Origin: Candidatus Tayloriibacteriota bacterium
GTDB lineage: Bacteria; Patescibacteriota; Minisyncoccia; Phycocordibacterales; PALSA-1337
Assembly (NCBI GenBank): GCA_016215455.1
Contig: JACRJP010000002.1
Location: 151,622-215,621 of the forward strand
Direction of reading: 5' to 3'
DNA: 64,000 bases
Shown here: positions 18,712-28,056 of the stretch, piece after piece
Layout of the letters: the number at the start of each line of letters is the position of its first letter
Numbering within the stretch: the stretch's first letter is position 1
Translations under genes and position numbers: made by a program
The notes under the pieces: generated by a model
Told to the model about the DNA's origin: nothing
Database searches by the model: none
The model's input: only the letters and a program-made list of their open reading frames with translations

Positions 18712-19032
18712 ATGATTCATACAACCACACCATCAATTGAAGGTAAGAAGATAACGCAGTACTTAGGTATCGTTAATGCTGATGTCATTATCGGAGCAAA
18801 TATTTTTAGTGATATCTTTGCAAGTGTTCGAGATATTGTTGGAGGACGTTCTGCAACATATGAGAAGAAATTATCTGAAGGTAAGGCTATTGCTCTTCAA
18901 GAACTTGAGGACGAAGCGCAACGTCTTGGCGCAACAGCTGTCGTTGGCGTTGATTTTGATTATGAAACCGTAGGAGGGAAGGGTTCAATGCTCATGATCA
19001 GTGTTTCTGGTACTGCAGTAAGAGTGGAATAA
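18712..19032 (+). CDS. YbjQ/UPF0145 family protein
   Basis: [34 protein letters not shown] matches UPF0145 (heavy-metal-binding-like) domain architecture. Start set at the internal ATG. Confidence 0.6.
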   Translation: MIHTTTPSIEGKKITQYLGIVNADVIIGANIFSDIFASVRDIVGGRSATYEKKLSEGKAIALQELEDEAQRLGATAVVGVDFDYETVGGKGSMLMISVSGTAVRVE

Positions 19033-19355
19033 TGAAAAATAAAATTATTGTCAGTGTGGTTGGTATAGCAATCATTCTATGTGCTTGGGCACCATGGCTT
19101 ACTCAAGAAAGAGTTGAACAGCTTGTCATTACTCAATATAACACTCTATGGCAAGGTGTTTTGGATAATCCAGATGTTTCAGGGGTTACTGATTTCAAAA
19201 AAATACCTTTTGGTGCGAAGGGTAGTTTGGTATACACAGGAGGTCTTGCAGAGAGATCAAATGTTTCGTTCAACAAAGGTACAACTGTTTTTGTTTCTTT
19301 TCTAGGAACAGTTCACGGACTAAAATCTCCCGAAGATATTTTTAAGGGTAGATAA
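19032..19355 (+). CDS. Hypothetical protein with N-terminal TM helix
   Basis: 107 aa, IIVSVVGIAIILCAWAPW helix. ATG overlaps the upstream stop (TAATG). Confidence 0.35.
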   Translation: MKNKIIVSVVGIAIILCAWAPWLTQERVEQLVITQYNTLWQGVLDNPDVSGVTDFKKIPFGAKGSLVYTGGLAERSNVSFNKGTTVFVSFLGTVHGLKSPEDIFKGR

Positions 19356-19357
19356 TT

Positions 19358-19897
19358 TTAACGTCCCAAGAATTGTAAGATATTCTCAATATGTGTGTCG
19401 ATATCGACGTGGAGTAGTTCACATCCACGAAGTATCGTTCCTCGGTCTATTTTTGCAGCAAAGCTTTTTTCACCAAATCTCTTTTTGATTGAACTCACTT
19501 TCATATCTTTGAATGGAATAGGGTTTATCTTTTGATATGCATAGAAGATACCACATAGTTCATCGCATGCCATGAGAGCAGCCGCTAATTTTGTTTGGGG
19601 AAGGGTTGTAAAACCATTGTAGTTATATGCATGTGCTTCAACCGCATGGATTAAATCTTCCGGGTACTGCCATTCTTTGAACCAACCTAAGGATTGAGCA
19701 GGATGGGTAGTGGGATGTTCTTCAAAATCAATATCGTGTAACAACCCTGTGATATACCAGAGGTTCTCATCTTCATTAAGTAATTTTGCGTATCCTGCCA
19801 TAGTTGCAGCCACCATGTTGGCATGGAGTCGTTGATATGGATCTTGGACATGCTGTTCCAAAAGCTTCTGTGCCGCGTCTCTATTGGGTATATTCAT
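19358..19897 (-). CDS. HD-domain phosphohydrolase
   Basis: H..(LLHDIDFEEH)..H..D spacing typical of the HD superfamily. 179 aa. Confidence 0.55.
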   Translation of the reverse strand: MNIPNRDAAQKLLEQHVQDPYQRLHANMVAATMAGYAKLLNEDENLWYITGLLHDIDFEEHPTTHPAQSLGWFKEWQYPEDLIHAVEAHAYNYNGFTTLPQTKLAAALMACDELCGIFYAYQKINPIPFKDMKVSSIKKRFGEKSFAAKIDRGTILRGCELLHVDIDTHIENILQFLGR

Positions 19898-19939
19898 ATA
19901 CTGTAGTTATGTAATGATAACTAATAAAAAGGTTGAGGT

Positions 19940-20266
19940 TTAGTTTCGTATCCTTGTTGCTTTTAACGATACGAGCTGTAACCCCAGAGTTGATTGGTGT
20001 TGTTCAAAGTGTCGTCTGAGTTCTTGGGATGCTGTTACCATCTCAGACTCAGTTTCGAATTCCCGAGGAACCAACCTTAATCGACCACAACAGAAAGGAC
20101 CGTCAGTCCCTAGGAGGTATGAAAATTGTTGGCCGTTCTCGACAATATGTAGTCCGACGGCAAACTTCTCGCCAAGTGATCCAATACTCCTTCCACATAC
20201 AGAGCAGAGGAGGTCTATTTTGTGGCCGTCAGGCGCACAGGTGTAGATTGCTACTTTTCCTAACAT
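19940..20266 (-). CDS. Hypothetical Cys-containing protein (GC-richer than surroundings)
   Basis: 108 aa with a CAPDGH...CSVCG...FCCG cysteine pattern. Local GC clearly above neighbours. Confidence 0.3.
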   Translation of the reverse strand: MLGKVAIYTCAPDGHKIDLLCSVCGRSIGSLGEKFAVGLHIVENGQQFSYLLGTDGPFCCGRLRLVPREFETESEMVTASQELRRHFEQHQSTLGLQLVSLKATRIRN

Positions 20267-20396
20267 AATTTTCTTTGAACAATGGTGTGCTGTGGTGGTC
20301 TAAGAAGAAGTATAGAGAAGAGGGGATATATATGACAAATTTTACAACAAATAAAACATATTTGTATCTTTTTGTTATAAATGATAGATTATTGAT

Positions 20397-21032
20397 ATGA
20401 TCAAGATTCAAGATGTGGTGAAGGATATTATCTATAGTGATGAAGAGGCTCTCTACGCTCTTTCAAAAGGGTTTATGAACCTTTCTGCGTATGCAAAGAT
20501 GATTCAGAAGAAGGTTGAAGATGAGAGTATGAAGGAGGTTGAGGTACCGGGTATTGTTGTTGCTTTGTCGCGAATTAAGAAGGATCTCAAAAATATCCAT
20601 CCTCTCGTACAGGATATTAAGATCGATAATATCACTACCAAGTCACCACTTACTGAAATTAGTTTTGAGAAGACACCTTCGATTTTAGATAAACTATCGT
20701 CACTCTACAAGAAGGTGAAGACAACAAATGAAGATTTTTTAACGATGACATTAAGTACAACGGAAGTTAATGTTATTTGCTCTGATCGTATTCGTGAGAA
20801 AGTATTGAATCATTTTGGTGATAAACCACGATTGTTACAATCAAAATTAGCCTCAATTGGAATTTCGTTTAACCCAAAATACTATGAGATGCCGAATATT
20901 ACCTTTACATTGAGCCGAAAGATTGCTCAAAAGAGAATTGTACTAGCTGAGACTATTACGACACATACGGAAATTATCTTTACCTTTCACCAAAAAGATC
21001 TACCTGAGATGTTATCGTTGTTTGAGGTGTAA
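20397..21032 (+). CDS. Hypothetical protein
   Basis: 211-aa ORF. No motif recognised. Confidence 0.35.
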   Translation: MIKIQDVVKDIIYSDEEALYALSKGFMNLSAYAKMIQKKVEDESMKEVEVPGIVVALSRIKKDLKNIHPLVQDIKIDNITTKSPLTEISFEKTPSILDKLSSLYKKVKTTNEDFLTMTLSTTEVNVICSDRIREKVLNHFGDKPRLLQSKLASIGISFNPKYYEMPNITFTLSRKIAQKRIVLAETITTHTEIIFTFHQKDLPEMLSLFEV

Positions 21033-21034
21033 TA

Positions 21035-21439
21035 TTACCGGCCGATCTTACGTTCAATTTTAGTGAGAGAGTCTTGAATCTTATGGAGCACTTTTGTTTC
21101 GCTCTGAATATCTGCCTCAATTTCTTTCTGTGTTTTGTCGGCAAGCTTTTTCTCATTTTTGATACCTGAAATCAAAATTCTGTTTCCGATAAAACTTGAT
21201 ACGAATATACCTGTGAGTAGGAGAATGATTGAACCAATTAGGATTGAGACTGGTCCACTTACGTGAGCTGCATCTGCAACAAGCCATATACCTCGCCATA
21301 GAAAGACCGTACCAACACTTACGATTGCGGCATACACAATTGGGCGAGTACTGAGAAATCCACGTATTTTGTCCTCAAGACGATCAAAGAAGTTGATAAT
21401 ATCTTTAAACATAGATGATTGTACTTTATTATACACCAT
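21035..21439 (-). CDS. Hypothetical membrane protein
   Basis: Two TM helices, then a charged coiled-coil-like tail. 134 aa. Confidence 0.35.
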   Translation of the reverse strand: MVYNKVQSSMFKDIINFFDRLEDKIRGFLSTRPIVYAAIVSVGTVFLWRGIWLVADAAHVSGPVSILIGSIILLLTGIFVSSFIGNRILISGIKNEKKLADKTQKEIEADIQSETKVLHKIQDSLTKIERKIGR

Positions 21440-21504
21440 TTATTCACTTCATCTTCTGTGGGAACTGCTATAATAACAATATTAATCACAATCAATTATT
21501 TTAT

Positions 21505-21867
21505 ATGAGTAATGAAAAAAAGTTGGAGTGGGTATTGAGAATCGGTGTTGCTGGAGAATTTCTTGGACACGGTATCTTTGCAATTCAAGGGAAGCAGGCT
21601 TGGATTGATTGGACACAACAGCTTCTTGGTGTAAGTCCATCATTCGCTTCAACATTTATTCTCATTGTCGGTATTCTTGATGTCCTACTTGCGATAGCTG
21701 TATTGGTACGACCAGTACGACCAATACTACTTTGGATGGCATTGTGGGGATTCTGGACTGCACTTCTACGTCCTCTTGTAGGAGAACCTATTTGGGATTT
21801 TATCGAACGTTGGGCAAACTGGGCAGCACCACTCGCATTATATTACGTGTACAAGATGCGTAAATAA
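21505..21867 (+). CDS. Hypothetical small membrane protein (DoxX-like?)
   Basis: About 120 aa with 3-4 TM helices, starting MSNEKKLEWVLRIGVAGEFLGHG. Confidence 0.35.
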   Translation: MSNEKKLEWVLRIGVAGEFLGHGIFAIQGKQAWIDWTQQLLGVSPSFASTFILIVGILDVLLAIAVLVRPVRPILLWMALWGFWTALLRPLVGEPIWDFIERWANWAAPLALYYVYKMRK

Positions 21868-21891
21868 AGATCGGTAGAGTATATCTGAAGT

Positions 21892-22275
21892 ATGAAAGAT
21901 GAAACCCCTCAAATAATTAAGGATGTTGGCTTTGACTTCAGTTGGAGTGAAGAAAAAGTCTGGAAACTTACTATTCCTGTTGAGGAGATGGATATACAAG
22001 AACTCGTGTGGCATTTTGATATCCCATTTCTTTGGGAAGATGGAGTATATAATCTCAAACCTCAAGATGTGATTGATTTTCCTGATGCTCATAAAAAAGA
22101 ATATGAACGGACAATGAAGGCTGATCTTATTCATCCGATTGATATTATGGAAAACAAAGGATGTTGGCTTATCTTAGATGGTTTACATCGTTTGATGAAA
22201 GCATCTATTCTCAAAATGAATACAGTGCAGGTGCGCAAAGTAGGTCGCGAACACATACCTGACATCCTTCAATAG
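21892..22275 (+). CDS. ParB/sulfiredoxin-like nuclease-domain protein
   Basis: WLILDGLHRLMKA resembles the ParB/Srx-fold DGxHR motif. 127 aa. Confidence 0.4.
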   Translation: MKDETPQIIKDVGFDFSWSEEKVWKLTIPVEEMDIQELVWHFDIPFLWEDGVYNLKPQDVIDFPDAHKKEYERTMKADLIHPIDIMENKGCWLILDGLHRLMKASILKMNTVQVRKVGREHIPDILQ

Positions 22276-22292
22276 TCTGGTATCATGAGTCT

Positions 22293-22604
22293 ATGAAAAA
22301 CTCATTTCGTGACAGGGTATATACAATTGCTGCAAAGATTCCGAAGGGTAAGGTGGTGACATATGGTCAATTGGCAAAAATGGCAGGAAGTCCTCAAGCT
22401 GCCCGGGCTGTTGGCATGAGTATGAGATGCAATACTGATCGAAAGAAAGTACCGTGTCATCGTGTGGTCGCTTCAAACGGTGCGCTTACGGGGTATGCTT
22501 TCGGCAAAGGAGTTACAACTAAAAAAGAAATTCTCTTGAAAGAAGGAGTTGTATTCAAAAGTAATAAGGTGGATCTTATAAGATCTCAGTGGACAGGACG
22601 ATAA
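22293..22604 (+). CDS. Methylated-DNA-protein-cysteine methyltransferase (MGMT/Ogt) DNA-binding/active-site domain protein
   Basis: TYGQLAKMAG...VPCHRVV contains the PCHRV active-site motif. Confidence 0.7.
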   Translation: MKNSFRDRVYTIAAKIPKGKVVTYGQLAKMAGSPQAARAVGMSMRCNTDRKKVPCHRVVASNGALTGYAFGKGVTTKKEILLKEGVVFKSNKVDLIRSQWTGR

Positions 22605-22609
22605 TATCT

Positions 22610-23227
22610 ATGACTCGAAATCAAGTACTTTTTCTGGTGGTGGTAGTGGCGATTGCTGTTATGGGGTGGTTTGTATTAAGAGAGGTTTCTCCACTTGTCC
22701 CTGTACCAAAAAATTCTACCATTGTTGCGTATGGTGATAGTCTAGTACAAGGTGTTGGAGCAACAGAAGGGAATGATTTTGTTTCAGTTGTGAGTCGAAA
22801 GATCGGTATACCAATTATTAATGCGGGTAAAAGTGGAGATACTACTGATAGCGCACTCACTCGACTTGATCAAATTGTTGCAAATGACCCAGGTGTCGTT
22901 ATCCTCCTTTTAGGAGGAAATGATTACCTTCGAAGAATTTCTAAGGAAAAGACTTTTCAAAATTTACAGCAAATTGTCACAACACTTCAGAAAAATAATA
23001 CAGTTGTATTGCTGCTTGGTGTGAGAGGGGGATTACTCACTGATACGTATGACGGTGATTTTAAAGACTTTGCAAAGAAGAATAATTTGCCGTACGTTCC
23101 CAACGTTCTCAAAGATTTACTTGGTAATAAAAAATTTATGTTCGATCAGATTCATCCTAATGATGCAGGATATAAGATTATTGCCGAGAGAGTTGCGCTA
23201 CAATTAAAGACCATATTTAGAAAATAG
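22610..23227 (+). CDS. SGNH/GDSL-family hydrolase (exported)
   Basis: N-terminal TM/signal. Block I AYGDSLVQG, block III GGNDY, block V DQIHPN. ATG at 22610 preferred over the GTG at 22589, which overlaps the upstream gene. Confidence 0.65.
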   Translation: MTRNQVLFLVVVVAIAVMGWFVLREVSPLVPVPKNSTIVAYGDSLVQGVGATEGNDFVSVVSRKIGIPIINAGKSGDTTDSALTRLDQIVANDPGVVILLLGGNDYLRRISKEKTFQNLQQIVTTLQKNNTVVLLLGVRGGLLTDTYDGDFKDFAKKNNLPYVPNVLKDLLGNKKFMFDQIHPNDAGYKIIAERVALQLKTIFRK

Positions 23228-23232
23228 CTTCC

Positions 23233-23679
23233 ATGAAAATTCTCCTCATCTCAGTTGGTAAGAAACATGATCCTGCATTTCTAGATGCGATTACTGATTT
23301 TACTCATCGTATTAGTCATTACACTCCTGTTGAATGGAAATTTTTAAATCCCTCAGACAATATCAAAAGTGAGAGTGTTGATATTCTAGCTTCAGTTAAT
23401 GAGCGCGATTATGTTGTGCTTCTGGATGAAAGAGGGAAGCAGATGTCGTCACCGGATCTTGCGCAATTTCTTGAGAAGCGTCTCAATGAAAGTGTGCATC
23501 GCCTTGTTTTTATTATCGGCGGTGCTTTTGGAGTAGACGAAGAGGTTCGGAAGCGAGCCCATACAACCATTGCTTTGTCACAACTCGTATTTCCTCATCA
23601 GCTTGTTCGTCTCATTCTTGCTGAACAAATCTATCGAGCTTTTACAATTCTTCGTGGAGAAAAATATCATCACGAATAG
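23233..23679 (+). CDS. rlmH: 23S rRNA (pseudouridine1915-N3)-methyltransferase RlmH
   Basis: MKILLISVGKK.. start and C-terminal ..LAEQIYRAFTILRGEKYHHE closely parallel E. coli RlmH (..LYRAWSITTNHPYHRE). Confidence 0.75.
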   Translation: MKILLISVGKKHDPAFLDAITDFTHRISHYTPVEWKFLNPSDNIKSESVDILASVNERDYVVLLDERGKQMSSPDLAQFLEKRLNESVHRLVFIIGGAFGVDEEVRKRAHTTIALSQLVFPHQLVRLILAEQIYRAFTILRGEKYHHE

Positions 23680-23752
23680 ACATTGACATATATCTTCTAG
23701 TGTGACAATATGTTTTCAGTTCGATCTTCGAGAGAAGCTCTGCAATTTGAGT

Positions 23753-24346
23753 ATGAAAGATTGGTTACAAAAACTTTCTCAAGGACTTGGAGTTGTTGGG
23801 GCTCTGGCCATCGCATTTCCAATTCTTTTCAAGATTCATGAGGGTGAAACAATTTTCAACCCTTTGTCCTACTTCATGTGGTCATCTCTTTCCGTCTTGG
23901 CAGCAGTCGTGCTTTACCGAGCGGGTGAGGGTGGTTGGCAATTGTTGGCCGCATACTGGGCCTCTGATTTCTCAATTGCTTCCTACGCTTATTTTAAAGC
24001 CAGAAAGCTTGAGTTCGGGTGGTTTGAAGGGTTTGTCATCGGCCTTGTGGCAGTCTGCACGATTATCTGGCTTCGTTGCGAGACGAAGAGACGGTATTCT
24101 GGTCAGACAGACTACAGACCGTCGGTGATAGCAAACGCAACAGCCTTGATGTTGGCTGGTGTTCCTCAGGTGTGGGATGCTTGGAAAAAACCCAATGAGG
24201 TAAGCATGTTCATTGCCTGGAGCTACATTGGTATAAGTGTGGCTTCGTTTTTTGGGGAGTCGAAGTTTAACGGTCGACTAGTTCCGGGTGTGTCGATAGT
24301 TTACTGGATCGTGATCATTGTTCCAGTGTTGTATCTCCGGACGTGA
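23753..24346 (+). CDS. Hypothetical polytopic membrane protein (compositional outlier, GC about 48%)
   Basis: About 200 aa, 5-6 TM helices, W/F-rich. Markedly higher GC than flanking genes. Confidence 0.4.
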   Translation: MKDWLQKLSQGLGVVGALAIAFPILFKIHEGETIFNPLSYFMWSSLSVLAAVVLYRAGEGGWQLLAAYWASDFSIASYAYFKARKLEFGWFEGFVIGLVAVCTIIWLRCETKRRYSGQTDYRPSVIANATALMLAGVPQVWDAWKKPNEVSMFIAWSYIGISVASFFGESKFNGRLVPGVSIVYWIVIIVPVLYLRT

Positions 24347-24407
24347 CGCGTCGATGTTACCGTCGAACGCTTTTTATTTAAGAGACTTAGTTTGATATAC
24401 TTTCTGT

Positions 24408-24809
24408 ATGATAAAAGGATTTAAAGAATTTGTTTTGAGAGGGAATGTGATTGATTTGGCAGTAGGTGTTGTCATTGGTGCGGCATTTACCGCTGTTGTG
24501 AATGCTTTGGTGAAGGGTCTTATTACTCCATTCATCGGAGCGATTGTAAAAGTGCCAGATTTTTCAAAACTTTATTTTACTATTAACGATAGTCAATTCC
24601 TCTATGGGGAGTTTATTAATTCTTTAGTCTCGTTCCTTCTTATCGCCGCAGTTATTTATTTTTTTGTTGTTGTACCTGTCAATGCACTTCTCGCAAAGAC
24701 TAAAAAGACTGATCAAACAGTACCCACCACAAAGAAATGTCCTGAATGTTTGAGTGAGATTCCTCTTGCCGCAACACGTTGTGCTCACTGTACGAGTACG
24801 TTGATATAG
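24408..24809 (+). CDS. mscL: Large-conductance mechanosensitive channel MscL with C-terminal zinc-ribbon
   Basis: MIKGFKEFVLRGNVIDLAVGVVIGAAFTAVV matches the MscL N-terminus and TM1. TM2 present. The C-terminal helical bundle is replaced by CPECLSEIPLAATRCAHC (CxxC-x11-CxxC). Confidence 0.8.
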   Translation: MIKGFKEFVLRGNVIDLAVGVVIGAAFTAVVNALVKGLITPFIGAIVKVPDFSKLYFTINDSQFLYGEFINSLVSFLLIAAVIYFFVVVPVNALLAKTKKTDQTVPTTKKCPECLSEIPLAATRCAHCTSTLI

Positions 24810-24918
24810 GCTCGAGTTGAGCTGTATTTAGCCAGAGTGTATCATTAATCCATATTGTGTGGTACCATGGATGTTACCTGCAAAACGGGGTTAAAAATTA
24901 ATCTAATAAAAGATATTT

Positions 24919-25116
24919 ATGAAGGGTACTATTAAGACATTGAATGAACGAGGTTTTGGTTTCATCGCTCGAGAGGGTGAAGTAAAGGACCTCTTCTTCC
25001 ACTCAAAGAACTTGAATGGTGTTGAATTTGACGCTCTCAAGGTTGGAGATGTTGTTACATTTGAAGTTGTTCAGGGTGAAAAGGGCCCAGCAGCAGAGAA
25101 CGTAGCACGAGCTTAA
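24919..25116 (+). CDS. Cold-shock protein (CspA family)
   Basis: MKGTIKTLNERGFGFI.. with the RNP1 motif GFGFI. 65 aa. Confidence 0.85.
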   Translation: MKGTIKTLNERGFGFIAREGEVKDLFFHSKNLNGVEFDALKVGDVVTFEVVQGEKGPAAENVARA

Positions 25117-25140
25117 ATTAAGCTTCGATATACTTCGAAT

Positions 25141-25170
25141 AAAAAACCATCCTCACGGATGGTTTTTTAT
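25141..25170 (+). terminator. Rho-independent terminator after csp
   Basis: AAAAAA-CCATCC-tcac-GGATGG-TTTTTT. Confidence 0.75.
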
Positions 25171-25194
25171 TGTTGCTTATACTATAGTTAGCCC

Positions 25195-25641
25195 ATGATT
25201 TCTGTTACAAAACCTGACAATTTCTCTCCTCGATTTGAAGTATCAAGCTGCTTTTTGGAGTATAAAGATCGTTTTCTTCTGTTGCATCGCCAAGATCATA
25301 AGCCTCAAGGGAATACATGGGGAGTGCCTGCAGGTAAGGTGGAAAAGGGAGAGACATCTGCTCAAGCAATTATTAGAGAGATGCAAGAAGAAATCTCTTT
25401 GACTGTCACTGAACAGAATCTTATATATTTTAAAAGTTTGTATGTACGTTATAGTGAGTATGATTTTGTATATCATATCTTCAGTTCAGTGTGTCAGGTT
25501 GAACCAAAGATTGTAATTGATGTGAAAGACCATAAGGATTTTCAATGGGTAACACCGAAAGAATCTCTTACTATGAATCTTATTCAAGATGAAGATTTTT
25601 GTGTCGAACTATTTTATAACAATCGTCTGAGAAACAATTAA
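25195..25641 (+). CDS. NUDIX hydrolase
   Basis: Nudix box GVPAGKVEKGETSAQAIIREMQEEISL (Gx5Ex7REUxEExGU). Confidence 0.7.
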   Translation: MISVTKPDNFSPRFEVSSCFLEYKDRFLLLHRQDHKPQGNTWGVPAGKVEKGETSAQAIIREMQEEISLTVTEQNLIYFKSLYVRYSEYDFVYHIFSSVCQVEPKIVIDVKDHKDFQWVTPKESLTMNLIQDEDFCVELFYNNRLRNN

Positions 25642-26417
25642 AGTAACGTACGAGGTTTCCAAGGTATGAATGCATTCGTTCGAAGTTTGTAGGCATCATA
25701 GTCTGTATTACCAATGTATTTTGCTTCAAGCATAGGGATACCAGATACTTTGAGTAGAAGGAAAGTGATGAGAAGGGGACTGATGATAGCAAAACTGCCA
25801 CCAACAACTGAGAGTCCTATGATCCAGAGTCCCCACCACATGACTGTTTCACCAAAATAATTTGGATGACGAGTGTACATCCAGAGACCTTCCGTCATGA
25901 GTTTGCCTTTATTTTCGGGATTTTTAATAAACTGATCGAGTTCATAGTCACCTCGAGCCTCGAAATAGAATCCGATAGACCATACGATTGCACCAAGAAT
26001 TACAAACCATATTGCGCCAGTGTAAACTGAACTATTAACAATCATTGCAACAGAAGCAATTGCCACAATGATACCCCCTTGAAGCATGTAGATTTGGAAG
26101 AAGCTTCGTAGACGAAACCATTTCCATGTCTCGCGCCATTTCTTATAACGAAAGTCTTCAGGTTTTCCGTGATTGCGACGATAAATACGGTATGACAATC
26201 GAAGTGCCCATATGGTGATAAGTAGAGTTACAACAATCTGGGGAAGTGACAAAGTCCCGTAGTAATAGAGTGTTGAGTAAGTAATGAGCAAAAAGCCGAT
26301 ACCGTATGCGGTATCAACAATACTGTTGTCCTTTTTTATAAGGGATACAATAAACATACACACCATATAAATGAAGATACTTCCGACACAGAAAGATAGA
26401 ACTTGAAGTGTAAGCAT
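25638..26417 (-). CDS. DUF1295 / steroid-5-alpha-reductase-ICMT-like membrane protein
   Basis: C-terminal WMYTRHPNYFGETVMWWGLW is the family hallmark (RHPNY-G). Start placed at the internal ATG (26417) to avoid a 59-nt overlap. Confidence 0.55.
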   Translation of the reverse strand: MLTLQVLSFCVGSIFIYMVCMFIVSLIKKDNSIVDTAYGIGFLLITYSTLYYYGTLSLPQIVVTLLITIWALRLSYRIYRRNHGKPEDFRYKKWRETWKWFRLRSFFQIYMLQGGIIVAIASVAMIVNSSVYTGAIWFVILGAIVWSIGFYFEARGDYELDQFIKNPENKGKLMTEGLWMYTRHPNYFGETVMWWGLWIIGLSVVGGSFAIISPLLITFLLLKVSGIPMLEAKYIGNTDYDAYKLRTNAFIPWKPRTLL

Positions 26418-26427
26418 AGAAAATAAA

Positions 26428-27000
26428 TTAATGAATAATGCGCATACCCCAGGAATTAGCCTCAGGGAGGCGTTCTTGGCGAGCAAGTTTAAATTGGTAA
26501 ATAGAAAATAGTATTGTGATAAGTGTTGCGATGAGTTTATAGCTTACCCATGCTTCTGATGTAAGGTGGACTCGGACAACTTCATTACTTACCGCAAGGA
26601 TAGTAAATAGACATGCCCAACGCAATGAAAGTGTTCTCCAGCCCGCATCAGTCATAGCAAATAGAGATCCAAAGAGGGGCTTAAGGAGACCTTTTTTATG
26701 TTTGAGCCCCCAGAATAATATGATTGCAAAAATTCCATTGTAAATAGTGTCTTTGAAGATAATAAAGAATGGATCTTTGAAGATTATTGTAGCTATTCCA
26801 AATACTAGAACAGATATTCCAACAATAAGAGGGAACCAGGCGATTTTTCTTCGTTCAATAAAACCAGCAATGAGAGCAATGATAGTTAGGCCGACAAAAA
26901 TAGTCGTGGCGGTGATGAAATTGATGCGCTCAACAGTCAGAAAGAACACGAGGATTGGTCCAAATTCGATAGATAGACCAAGTAACATTTTTTTGAACAT
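26428..27000 (-). CDS. Polytopic membrane protein (possibly YciB-like septation protein family)
   Basis: 190 aa, 5 TM. Weak resemblance to the YciB N-terminus. Low confidence. Confidence 0.3.
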   Translation of the reverse strand: MFKKMLLGLSIEFGPILVFFLTVERINFITATTIFVGLTIIALIAGFIERRKIAWFPLIVGISVLVFGIATIIFKDPFFIIFKDTIYNGIFAIILFWGLKHKKGLLKPLFGSLFAMTDAGWRTLSLRWACLFTILAVSNEVVRVHLTSEAWVSYKLIATLITILFSIYQFKLARQERLPEANSWGMRIIH

Positions 27001-27021
27001 GGACTATAGTATACTATAAGT

Positions 27022-27438
27022 ATGCTAACAACATTAAAGATGATTGTGGGTTCAATAGTTTTCGCTGTGTTACTCGATTATGTTTGGATTGGTAAGGTCA
27101 TGGCACGGTTTTATAAGTCCCAGATTGGCGGTATTCTTCGTACGTCAGGGGATAGTATGAATCCCCATATTCCTACAGCTATTCTTGTATATGTTGCCCT
27201 GACATGTCTCGTGGTATTTTTTGTACTGCCTTTAATACCCGAAGGAGCTTCATATTTGAAAGTCTTTGGATACGGTGCTTTGTTCGGTTTTCTTATATAT
27301 TGTTTCTACGATCTTACTAATTTTTCTGTATTTTCTGTGTGGCCACTTGCGATTACTCTTGTTGATATTGCGTGGGGGACATTTCTTGTCGGTGCCACAA
27401 CTGTCGTAGCGGAATTTATACATAGAATATCTGCGTAA
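27022..27438 (+). CDS. Hypothetical membrane protein
   Basis: 138 aa, 4 TM. Confidence 0.4.
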   Translation: MLTTLKMIVGSIVFAVLLDYVWIGKVMARFYKSQIGGILRTSGDSMNPHIPTAILVYVALTCLVVFFVLPLIPEGASYLKVFGYGALFGFLIYCFYDLTNFSVFSVWPLAITLVDIAWGTFLVGATTVVAEFIHRISA

Positions 27439-27445
27439 CGTCTAT

Positions 27446-28009
27446 ATGAGATCGCGAGTATTTACGAAAGATTTACAACACGATGTCATTATTATAGTGA
27501 CGGGTATCATATTGGCCTTTCTTGTAGTACGGTGGCCAGTATTTGGAGCTACACTACAAATACTTCAACCCTTCTATCCATTTGCAGCGTTTCTTGCGGG
27601 AATCTTTTTTACTTCAGCTTTCACACTTGCACCCTCAGCTATTGTTTTAGCAAAAATAGCTGAAACTGCACCAGGATTACAGATTGCTTTGTGGGGAGGT
27701 CTTGGAGCAATGGTTGGTGATATGGTGATCTTTCTCTTTATCCGTGATCGTTTTGCTGTGCATCTATCAAAAGCCTTTAAACGTTCTCAGCTGGTAAGGG
27801 TTTTTATAAAGACATTTCATTTTGGTTTTATGAAGTGGTTGTCGCCCGTCTTGGGAGCTCTAATTATCGCTTCTCCATTACCGGATGAGTTTGGACTTGC
27901 TCTGATGGGTCTTTCTCGGGTCAAACTGATCGTCCTTATGCCGATTGCTTTCGTTATGAATGTCCTTGGGATTATAGGCCTTATATCGTTTGCTCATTTA
28001 TGGGGATAG
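27446..28009 (+). CDS. Hypothetical membrane protein
   Basis: 187 aa, about 5 TM. Confidence 0.4.
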   Translation: MRSRVFTKDLQHDVIIIVTGIILAFLVVRWPVFGATLQILQPFYPFAAFLAGIFFTSAFTLAPSAIVLAKIAETAPGLQIALWGGLGAMVGDMVIFLFIRDRFAVHLSKAFKRSQLVRVFIKTFHFGFMKWLSPVLGALIIASPLPDEFGLALMGLSRVKLIVLMPIAFVMNVLGIIGLISFAHLWG

Positions 28010-28056
28010 GGGTAAAATATTAGTATTACTCATAAAGTTTAGAATTTCGTAATCAA

